Of a stretch of 64,000 bases of DNA, positions 9,327 through 17,472 are shown piece after piece (position 1 is the stretch's first letter; the number at the start of each line of letters is the position of its first letter). Origin of the DNA: Escherichia coli (GTDB lineage: Bacteria > Bacillota_I > Bacilli_A > RFN20 > CAG-826); the NCBI GenBank assembly GCA_963630675.1, contig CAVGNR010000001.1, positions 37,807 through 101,806 of the forward strand, written 5' to 3'. Position numbers and translations under genes: made by a program. Under the pieces are notes generated by a model that did not search any database, was not told the origin of the DNA, and saw only the letters and a list, made by a program, of their open reading frames with translations.

Positions 9327-10386
9327 ATTTGTCTCCTTTCTTCGTAAAAAGAATCATTAAGAACAATGGCGTTCCAATCAAAGCGGTTATAGCACCCACC
9401 GGAAGAGAGGTTCCTTTTCCAATCAAGCGGGTAAAAATATCGCAGATTAGAAGAAGAGAAGAACCTGCTAAGAAAGAAGTCGGAAAAAGGAAACGATGAT
9501 CTCTTCCAATTAGTCTTTTCATAATGTGAGGGGCAATGATTCCCACAAAACCAATCATTCCGCAGAAGGAAACGCATAAGGCACCTAAAAGGGAAGCAAC
9601 GAATAAAGAGATAAAACGTAAAAGGGAGGTATGCACCCCTACACTTCTAGCAAAGCCATCTCCTGCATCAAGGGCGTTAAAGCGATATCCAAGCAAAGAG
9701 AAGGATAAAAGAGAGACAAATAAAACAATGCCCAATATTCCATTCTCTCCCATCGTGATTCTTTCTAAATTTCCAAAAGACCAGCCAACGATAGCAGAGA
9801 GAGCAACATCATCTGCAAAATATTGCAAAAGAGTTGTCAAAGCTTGGAAACAAGAGCCTAAAACAATTCCAACAAGAACAACAGTCGTAGGATGAAATTT
9901 ATGAAATGAGGATAAAAAGAGAACCAAAAGAATGCAAAGGAAAGAGAATAGGAAAGCAATCATCGATGTTTGAAAAGGGGAATCACTTGCAGAGACGAAA
10001 GAATTGCTACTCGTTCCATACAAACAAAGAATAATCACATTGGCCCCAAATACAGCCGCGTTCGAAACGCCTAGTGTCGCAGGTGAAGCCATAGGATTCT
10101 TTAATGAGGTTTGCATTAAAAGCCCAGAAAGAGAAAGCCCTCCACCAATGAGAAATGCGGCAAGATTCCTTGGGAGAATAATTCTTTGCATAATCCGGTT
10201 TGCCGCTACATCGCTTCTTCCGAATAAGCCAAAGAAACAACGCTCAATGGACATATTCGTTGGAGTTATAAAGAAAGAGAGGCAAATAAGAAAGATGGTA
10301 ATTCCAAGCAAAACAAAAAGGGTGATTATAGTTTTCTTTTTGCTTGTTTCAAATGGTGATGATATCTCTCTTTTTTCCATATCCAT
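9310..10386 (-). CDS. FecCD-family iron-chelate ABC permease
   Basis: 358 aa polytopic. C-terminal pattern GAITALIGTPLFLMIL is typical of FecCD/BtuC. Confidence 0.85.
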   Translation of the reverse strand: MDMEKREISSPFETSKKKTIITLFVLLGITIFLICLSFFITPTNMSIERCFFGLFGRSDVAANRIMQRIILPRNLAAFLIGGGLSLSGLLMQTSLKNPMASPATLGVSNAAVFGANVIILCLYGTSSNSFVSASDSPFQTSMIAFLFSFLCILLVLFLSSFHKFHPTTVVLVGIVLGSCFQALTTLLQYFADDVALSAIVGWSFGNLERITMGENGILGIVLFVSLLSFSLLGYRFNALDAGDGFARSVGVHTSLLRFISLFVASLLGALCVSFCGMIGFVGIIAPHIMKRLIGRDHRFLFPTSFLAGSSLLLICDIFTRLIGKGTSLPVGAITALIGTPLFLMILFTKKGDKYALSK

Positions 10387-10513
10387 TGTGCTAGTCTATC
10401 AATGTTTTCATCTTTTTTGAACGAAAATGAACAATTTAGAATGTTTTGTTCGTTTCATTAGTTATAATTAGAACACAATATTCGATATTTATTCGTATTC
10501 TGATGATAAAAAG

Positions 10514-11053
10514 ATGAACAAAAAAGAAGAAAAGACTAATGAATTGATCCTAGGTGCGTTAGAAAGATTATTAGAAAAGAAAAGCTATACGGATATTTCT
10601 GTCAGCGACATTATTTTAGAAAGCACGGTCTCTCGATCCACTTTCTATGCTCATTATAAAAAGAAAGACGATGTATTAAGAAATGTCTGCACGTCTATTT
10701 TTAACCACGCTTTTTCTTCCAATCACACCAAGGAAGGGAATATCACTCTCTACGATTATCGCGAAATGACCGCGCATATCTTCTATCATTTCAAAGAACA
10801 AGAGAAACTAATATCCGCCATCTTTGCTTCTGGCGCCTCCCATCTTTTCTATTCCACCTTAGGAAAGGAAGTTCATCACCTTATGAGAGTGGCAATGCCC
10901 TCTATAAAAATAAAACACCCATATATTCCTGATGATATATTAGAAAACTGCCTTTCTGGCGCTTTTGTGGATCTTTTAAAAGATTATGTGATTCATGAGC
11001 ATAAAGAAAGCGCCATCGAAATGACCACTTATTTTTACTCGCTCTTCGAATAA
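10514..11053 (+). CDS. TetR-family transcriptional regulator
   Basis: N-terminal HTH ISVSDIILESTVSRSTFYAHYKKKDDVL. Divergent from the ABC importer operon. Confidence 0.85.
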   Translation: MNKKEEKTNELILGALERLLEKKSYTDISVSDIILESTVSRSTFYAHYKKKDDVLRNVCTSIFNHAFSSNHTKEGNITLYDYREMTAHIFYHFKEQEKLISAIFASGASHLFYSTLGKEVHHLMRVAMPSIKIKHPYIPDDILENCLSGAFVDLLKDYVIHEHKESAIEMTTYFYSLFE

Positions 11054-11145
11054 GTCCTTTCAATTGATTGAAAAGCTTTGGCTATCTCTATATTTAGCTT
11101 GATCTAAAGGATCCTCACCCTTATTCTGTAAGAAGGATAAGAAAA

Positions 11146-13980
11146 ATGTTTGAAGCCTTCTTTTATACCAATCAAAGCGAACCGAATTTTCTTAAGAGAA
11201 TCATTGTTTGTTTAGACCGATGTGTTTCTTTTTCTTGGTCTGTATCCTTTATTAAGAAGGCAGGATTGATTCTTCTTTTGCCTCATTTAGAGAAGGCATT
11301 AGCTCGTGGTGTAAAAGGAAAAATTCTAACCTCAACCTATCAGAATTTCACCGATATTGCCTCTTTGGAAACCTTTTTAGAACTTCAAAGAAAGTATCCG
11401 AATTTTGAATGTCGCTTAGAGAATCATTCTTTTGATGACGATGGTTTCCATACGAAAGGTTATCTTTTTGAATATGAGGACTCTTCTTTCGAAAGTATCG
11501 TAGGTTCCTCTAATATCACGCGTTTTGCTTTGCTTAAAAACAAGGAATGGGATGTCGGGGTAACTTCCTCTAAGGAATACCAATTCGTTCGAAGAATCCT
11601 TGAGGAATTTAATTATCTTTGGAATAAAGTAAAACCTTTGACAAGAGAAAACGTCAAGGAATATGAGATGGCTCTATCTTATGCGATCGTTTCCTGGGAT
11701 ATGGATTATTCCTATGATAAGGAAAGCGAAACGTTCAAGCCGAATTTTATGCAAAGACAGGCTTTAAAAGAGCTTCAAAACACAAGGAATAGAAATATCA
11801 ATAAAGCAATGGTCATTGCGGCCACGGGCTCAGGAAAGACTTACTTAGCGGCTTTTGATGCGAAATTTTTTGGGGCAAAACGTTTACTATTTATCGTTCA
11901 TAAAGATACGATTCTTACACAGGCTTTAAACACTTTTAGCAAAGTGTTCGGACAAGAAAGAAGCTATGGCCTTTTTAATGGGGAATATTCGGAAATCGAC
12001 AAGGATTTCATCTTTGCTTCAAACCAGATGTTATCGAGACATTTGGAATTATTCTCCCCCGAAGAATTCGATTACATCATTATCGATGAAGTTCATCACG
12101 CGGCTGCCTCAACGTATCAAAAAATCATCGAGTATTTTAAGCCTTCGTTTTTACTCGGTTTAACCGCAACTCCTGACCGTATGGACGGGGAAGATGTCTA
12201 TCAAATGTTTGGCAATAACGTGCCTTTTGATTTGAGATTACGTGACGCGTTAGAGAATCATTTGATTGTTCCTTTTCATTATTACGGCATCAAAGATGAC
12301 TTGATTAGCTATGCTAGCGATGGAAGCGTGGAAGGAAACCGCCTTCTTGTTCAATCTTTATCTTCCTCTCTTCATTGCTCCTTTATTTCCGATGAAATCG
12401 AAAAACATCGTCCAGAAGGAAAGTTACGTTGCATCGGTTTCTGTCGGAATATCGAGCATGCGAAAGAAATGGCCATGCAGATGATGAATCTTGGCTATTC
12501 CACTGCCTATTTAACTGGTTCTTCCTCTTTAGGTGAAAGAATCCGTATCTTCCAAAGACTAGAAGATAAGAATGATCCTTTGGAACTTGTTTTTGCTGTG
12601 GATATCTTGAATGAAGGAATTGATGTTCCATCCATTAATATGGTCCTTTTCTTACGACCTACAGAATCCTCCACCATCTTTATTCAACAATTAGGAAGAG
12701 GATTAAGAAAATATGAGAACAAGCAATACCTCATTGTTTTGGATTTTATTGCCAATTCTTATTTGAGGTCTGTGCAGATTGCTTTAGCTTTAGGAAGTCT
12801 TTCCAAAAGTGGAGTTTCTGACAAATTAGCTCTCTCGAATATGGTAAGGGATAATTTCTCTTCTTTAGCAATTCCTCATTTAGAGATTCATTTTGAGGAA
12901 AAAGCTCAGGAAGAAATCTTACAATCCATTGAGAAAACGAATTTCAATTCCATTGCTTTCTTAAAAGCGGATTATCAGAATTTAAAGAGCTATTTGAAAT
13001 TAGGGCCAAATGAATACCCAAAACATGAAGTGTTCTTAGATCAAGAAACAGGCGTGGATATTTTGCATTTCACGAAGAAGCTCCCTTCTTATTACGATTT
13101 CTTAGAAAGAATGGGCGAAGATGTTCCATTCTTCTCTAAAGAAGAAAAAGAAGTTATCGAAACAATCTATGAATATCTTCCTCTCGTTCATCCAGAGGAA
13201 TACCTCATTATCAAAGAACTATTAAACGGGGAGAAAACGGAAGAAGAGCTTTATTCTTCTTTAAAAGATGTGGATCATTTTAAGAGAGATACGTTCTTAT
13301 ATGCCTTAAAGGTATTGCAAGATGAGTTTTATTACACAAGACCTTCCTATCACCACACATTAGTGAAAAAAGAAGGAGATACTTACTCTTTGAATTTTGA
13401 GATGAGCAAGGATTCTTTCAAAGATTGGCTTATTTCATTACTGGATTATGGCTTAACTCGTTACCAAATTGAGTTCTATAACGTTGAAGGAAGATTAAAA
13501 CGTTACCACCCTTATACGTCTTTATCCTCTCTTTTAGCCTTAAATAGTGAGAACCTTTTCCGGATGATGGGTGTTTTCAATGTCAATAAAGAACGAGTGA
13601 TTTATATCGATTTGAAGAAAGATGAACAAGTCTTGTCTCATTTGAAATATAAGGACCGTTTCTTATCCCCATCTCTCTTACAATGGGAATCTCAGACAGG
13701 GACAAGAATGAATAATTCAAAGGGTATTTCCTTATTAAAGAACCCCTATTCCTATATCTTTGTGAGAAAAGCCAAAAGAGAGGATGGAGCTGAAATGCCT
13801 TTCTATTATTTAGGAAGAGGGTGTTTGAAGAATCCAAGAATGTCGGATAATCCTAAAGAAACATTGTTATTTGACATTGAATTAGAAGAAAAGGTCCCCC
13901 TTATGTATTATGATGATTTTGGAATAGAAAGAAATGAAGAAGAGAATCCGGGTCGTGTGTGCCTTAATCAAGAAGAATGA
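11146..13980 (+). CDS. PLD(HKD)-nuclease / SF2 DEAD-DEAH helicase / DUF3427-type C-terminal domain fusion protein
   Basis: 944 aa. HKD motif GFHTKGYLFEYED. Helicase motifs are AATGSGKT (I), IIIDEVHHAAAS (II), GLTATP (III) and QQLGRGLR (VI). A roughly 300-aa C-terminal region matches the architecture usually annotated DUF3427. TGA stop at 13978-13980. Confidence 0.85.
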   Translation: MFEAFFYTNQSEPNFLKRIIVCLDRCVSFSWSVSFIKKAGLILLLPHLEKALARGVKGKILTSTYQNFTDIASLETFLELQRKYPNFECRLENHSFDDDGFHTKGYLFEYEDSSFESIVGSSNITRFALLKNKEWDVGVTSSKEYQFVRRILEEFNYLWNKVKPLTRENVKEYEMALSYAIVSWDMDYSYDKESETFKPNFMQRQALKELQNTRNRNINKAMVIAATGSGKTYLAAFDAKFFGAKRLLFIVHKDTILTQALNTFSKVFGQERSYGLFNGEYSEIDKDFIFASNQMLSRHLELFSPEEFDYIIIDEVHHAAASTYQKIIEYFKPSFLLGLTATPDRMDGEDVYQMFGNNVPFDLRLRDALENHLIVPFHYYGIKDDLISYASDGSVEGNRLLVQSLSSSLHCSFISDEIEKHRPEGKLRCIGFCRNIEHAKEMAMQMMNLGYSTAYLTGSSSLGERIRIFQRLEDKNDPLELVFAVDILNEGIDVPSINMVLFLRPTESSTIFIQQLGRGLRKYENKQYLIVLDFIANSYLRSVQIALALGSLSKSGVSDKLALSNMVRDNFSSLAIPHLEIHFEEKAQEEILQSIEKTNFNSIAFLKADYQNLKSYLKLGPNEYPKHEVFLDQETGVDILHFTKKLPSYYDFLERMGEDVPFFSKEEKEVIETIYEYLPLVHPEEYLIIKELLNGEKTEEELYSSLKDVDHFKRDTFLYALKVLQDEFYYTRPSYHHTLVKKEGDTYSLNFEMSKDSFKDWLISLLDYGLTRYQIEFYNVEGRLKRYHPYTSLSSLLALNSENLFRMMGVFNVNKERVIYIDLKKDEQVLSHLKYKDRFLSPSLLQWESQTGTRMNNSKGISLLKNPYSYIFVRKAKREDGAEMPFYYLGRGCLKNPRMSDNPKETLLFDIELEEKVPLMYYDDFGIERNEEENPGRVCLNQEE

Positions 13981-14329
13981 TCGTATCTTTGTGGCACAAA
14001 GAGATTATGGAGAATTCAAAGGATTATATGAATTTCCGGGCGGAAAGATCGAAGAAGGTGAAACTCCTGAAGAAGCGATCATCCGTGAAATCAAAGAGGA
14101 ACTTGAAACCACTATAAAAGTAGAGAAGTTTCTGCTCAATGAAGTCTATGAGTATCCAGGCTTTATTTTGGATATGGATGCCTTTTTAGTCACGCCCATC
14201 AAAGGGAACCTAACGATAGAAAAAGGAATCCATTCCGATGAGAAATGGATTAATAAAAAAGAAGGAAAATCCCTAGAATGGTGCCCAGCCGATAAAGAAA
14301 TCTTCTTTAAGATTCAGGATTTGATGTAG
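13934..14329 (+). CDS. NUDIX hydrolase, MutT/NudG-like (deoxy)nucleoside triphosphate pyrophosphohydrolase
   Basis: 131 aa. Nudix box GGKIEEGETPEEAIIREIKEELE. The start overlaps the helicase 3' end by 47 nt in another frame. Confidence 0.9.
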   Translation: MKKRIRVVCALIKKNDRIFVAQRDYGEFKGLYEFPGGKIEEGETPEEAIIREIKEELETTIKVEKFLLNEVYEYPGFILDMDAFLVTPIKGNLTIEKGIHSDEKWINKKEGKSLEWCPADKEIFFKIQDLM

Positions 14330-15355
14330 TTATTTCTTATTTTCTACGCTAGAAATTAAGCGATCAAAATCGCTTTCATATAAACGGTCTTGAATAAGAC
14401 GATATTGTTCAAATTCACTTTCGGCAAAGGCTTTGGCGATAGCCATCGTTACTTTTCCTTTGTCTTTTAAGACATCTTCTTCGTTAAATTGTAAGAACGC
14501 ATCAAGTTTATTCGCCCAATCTTCCATGGTCATAGGAATATGTTTTCTTGCTTGTCTAGTCGCATAGTCAAGATACATAGTCACTATTTCATTTAGTTCT
14601 TGAAGTTCGTTCTTAGACAAATAGTTTTTAGCAATAGAAACGTCCGCTTTCACGATTTTGCCATAAGGGGGATTCTTCCAAGAAGTGAGGCCCATATGTT
14701 CTTTCGTATGATCCGCACGGGCCATAATCATTTCGGCAGCTGTGCTTTGATGAACGGCATAATGCATTTTGTTTTGGACGGTCGCAAAGAAATCTTTGGT
14801 AATCTTGCTATCCGGAGAATAATCCACAGCAGTCGCATAAATGTCAGTTATCTTTTGATAGAAACGACGTTCACTGGCACGGATTTCTTGGATTTCAGAA
14901 AGAAGATGGTCAAAATAATCTTCATCAAAGATTTGCCCATTAATTAATCTATCTTTATCTAAAACATAGCCTTGCTTGGTAAAGGTGTCGAGAACGTTTG
15001 TGGCCCATTGACGGAATTCCATTGCTCTTTGGGAATTGATACGATACCCAACGGCAATGATGGCAGCTAAAGAGTAGTATTTATATTGGTATTTTTTGCC
15101 ATTGTTGGCAACTTGTTCCATTTTGGCACAAGTTGAACCTTCATTTAATTCTCCGCTCTCAAAGATATTTCTAAGATGCTTAACCACCGCGCTTCTTCCA
15201 ACGTCAAAAAGCTGGGCTATAGCCTTTTGGGAAAGCCAAACATCGTTGTTATAAACTCTAACTTCAATTCCGTTTTGATGAGCGTCTTTTGTGAAAACTA
15301 AAAAATCAACTGTACTATTACGGATTTGCAGTTTGTTTTCTTTGCTGTTTTCCAT
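14330..15355 (-). CDS. RhuM-family protein
   Basis: IRNSTVDFLVFT...VWLSQKAIAQLFDVGRSAVVKHLRNIFESGEL...GYRINSQRAMEFRQWAT matches the Virulence_RhuM pattern. The ORF track starts at TTG 15361; the first ATG is at 15355. Confidence 0.85.
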   Translation of the reverse strand: MENSKENKLQIRNSTVDFLVFTKDAHQNGIEVRVYNNDVWLSQKAIAQLFDVGRSAVVKHLRNIFESGELNEGSTCAKMEQVANNGKKYQYKYYSLAAIIAVGYRINSQRAMEFRQWATNVLDTFTKQGYVLDKDRLINGQIFDEDYFDHLLSEIQEIRASERRFYQKITDIYATAVDYSPDSKITKDFFATVQNKMHYAVHQSTAAEMIMARADHTKEHMGLTSWKNPPYGKIVKADVSIAKNYLSKNELQELNEIVTMYLDYATRQARKHIPMTMEDWANKLDAFLQFNEEDVLKDKGKVTMAIAKAFAESEFEQYRLIQDRLYESDFDRLISSVENKK

Positions 15356-15406
15356 ACTCAATTATTATAACGAATTTTAAGGATATCTTTAGGCTTAAAA
15401 GCTTCT

Positions 15407-17221
15407 TTAATGGGGGTCTAGAGAGAAATAGTCGTCAAAAGATATGGAATTTAGATATTCCTCAACGTTAACATATTCGATATCTCCTTCTTTCGTTGTT
15501 TCTCCTCGATAAAGAACGGCCTTTCTTTGAATGGGAGGAAATCTCTTTTCAAAGAGAGAACGTTTCTCTGGGTCAATAAGATTCTTAGTTTGTTCTTTAT
15601 TTCTCTCTTTGCTATGTTTAATTTCAAAGATTTCAGAATGGTCAGAATAAATGATAGCCATATCAAATTCACCTGAATGGAAGATGAATTTACCTACCTG
15701 AAGAGAAGGGTTTGCCAAAGAAGTTTCTAAAAGAATGATGTCTTCTAACATCCTTCCTTTGATTTCATTAAGGATTCTTTGAATCACATAGTCCTTAGTT
15801 TGAGGTTCTATCATTTGAAAGGTTTTATCTTTCCTTAAGTTAAGGATTAGTTCTTTGGCTTGAGAATAACGAAGGCCTGCAATGGTAACGATATTTCTTT
15901 CCCTAGAGGAATTCTCAGAGAAAACATCTATCTTACGAATGATTTCTAACTCTTGGAGATAGTCCTCAATCTCTTTGCGATGAATTTCTTGGATGGGAAT
16001 GGTTCTTTCTTCTTTGTTAAGAATGCCTAAGGATAGTTTAAGAGCATCCTCTACTTTATTTCGATCGATCTTGTCTAATATGTGATATTTCTCTTTGCTT
16101 TCTTTTCGAAGATTATTACAAGAGATACCTAAATCATGATAGATAAAGTCTTGATTTAGCACCTCTAAGGCAAAACGATGGTTAGAATCCTCTACTACAC
16201 GATTGATGATGTTTTTAAGTTCTTTTCTTTCATAAAGTTCATATAGGTCACGGAAATAAGAACCATCTTTATAGTAGGCTAAAGAATGTTGGATATTATC
16301 CGCGATAGCTGCGTCTACATAAGGGCTAGCTTTGCTTAAAGAATTCCTTTGAGAATAGATTTTCCCTGATAGGGACATACTTCCAGCATATTCGATATAG
16401 GCGTCTATATCGTTAATGCCTAACACATTTGAGAAATCTTGAAAAGGAATGAAAGAGGTATGCAAGAAATAGGAACGGTCATAAAGAGAATCTTCTTTGG
16501 AGAAGATAAAGCCTAGGGAGTCCGTTCCAGAAAGGACAACTCTCATATTCTCTGAGGCAAAAAGATTTGCAATAAAAGCAGATCCGTCTATGAAGTCTTT
16601 CATATCTGTGACCTCATCCAGGAAGATATAACGATAGCCTTTCTCTTTGAGATCTTTTAATAGTTCATATAAATCTCCCATCTCGGAGAACGAATTAAGT
16701 TCTATGAAAACGGATTTCTGGAAATCCCCCTCTTTCATATTTAATAGAGCTTGCATGATTAAGGTAGTTTTGCCTGTTCTTCTTAGGCCATAAAGAATTA
16801 ATACTCTTTTCTTATCTAGAGTGTTTGTATCATAAAGAAAACGTTCCAATCCCTTGAAAGCGTAACGATGTTTGTAACCCCTATAATCTTCAATTAGTCC
16901 TTTTAGATTCTTACCAACAAAATAGGAAATTCCATGTTTCTTATTCGAAGAAACTCTTCTTTTTGAGGAATTCATTTCTAAAGCGTAAGTAGAAATAGAG
17001 GAAAGAATGTTCTCTAAGTTTTTTCGAATTTCTATTTCTTTTGAAACCAACGATATTTCTTCATTTGGCACATATTTGCTATATTTTTTGCCATTTTCAT
17101 TCCATTGACGATAGATTCTATCTTTTCCATTTATTTTCTTTTTGGATAGATATCCCTTAGGAAGAGAATCTATTTGTTCTTGGATATGATCATATTGAAT
17201 TTCTAAGTCTGTCTTACTCAT
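15407..17221 (-). CDS. AAA-superfamily ATPase (AAA_14 + DUF4143-like C-terminal PD-(D/E)xK-like module)
   Basis: 604 aa. Walker A GLRRTGKTT, Walker B YIFLDEV. C-terminal GEFDMAIIY...EIFEIKHS is a nuclease-like D...E.K. A roughly 130-aa N-terminal extension contains KKINGKDRIYRQWNENGKKYSKYV. Confidence 0.8.
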   Translation of the reverse strand: MSKTDLEIQYDHIQEQIDSLPKGYLSKKKINGKDRIYRQWNENGKKYSKYVPNEEISLVSKEIEIRKNLENILSSISTYALEMNSSKRRVSSNKKHGISYFVGKNLKGLIEDYRGYKHRYAFKGLERFLYDTNTLDKKRVLILYGLRRTGKTTLIMQALLNMKEGDFQKSVFIELNSFSEMGDLYELLKDLKEKGYRYIFLDEVTDMKDFIDGSAFIANLFASENMRVVLSGTDSLGFIFSKEDSLYDRSYFLHTSFIPFQDFSNVLGINDIDAYIEYAGSMSLSGKIYSQRNSLSKASPYVDAAIADNIQHSLAYYKDGSYFRDLYELYERKELKNIINRVVEDSNHRFALEVLNQDFIYHDLGISCNNLRKESKEKYHILDKIDRNKVEDALKLSLGILNKEERTIPIQEIHRKEIEDYLQELEIIRKIDVFSENSSRERNIVTIAGLRYSQAKELILNLRKDKTFQMIEPQTKDYVIQRILNEIKGRMLEDIILLETSLANPSLQVGKFIFHSGEFDMAIIYSDHSEIFEIKHSKERNKEQTKNLIDPEKRSLFEKRFPPIQRKAVLYRGETTKEGDIEYVNVEEYLNSISFDDYFSLDPH

Positions 17222-17414
17222 CTTAAGATAAGTATAAATTAAGATAATTGAAAGAAAAAGGGGTTATAAAATTTACGATTTCAGTCTGTGCAAAAAATGC
17301 ATAAACTCATTTCCGCGGTCTATCGGTTTATGTGTCCCAAACTTTTCCTAATTCTATTTAATCAAAAGAATCAAATTGAAATAACCCCTCATAGCATTTT
17401 TCGGAGGTTATGAA

Positions 17415-17447
17415 AATAAAAAGAAAAGCACGCCACAAGGACGTGCT
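17415..17447 (-). terminator. Rho-independent terminator after the large surface-protein gene
   Basis: Minus strand reads AGCACG-loop-CGTGCT followed by TTTTCTTTTTATTTT. Confidence 0.7.
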
Positions 17448-17472
17448 AATCAGATGAATTTTAGAATTGGAG

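Noticed and set aside
10418-10457. An inverted TGAACGAAAA / TGAAACGAAC half-site pair between the TetR gene and the iron ABC operon, considered as the TetR operator. A shared AACGAAC heptamer occurs at 58596 and 58655.
   Set aside because: Symmetry is only 12/20 without gaps, and 7-mers recur by chance. It is plausible but not supportable from sequence alone.
17259-17389. A 9-nt inverted repeat AGGGGTTAT / ATAACCCCT spaced 113 nt apart upstream of the AAA ATPase gene.
   Set aside because: The arms are too short and the spacing too long to distinguish from chance.
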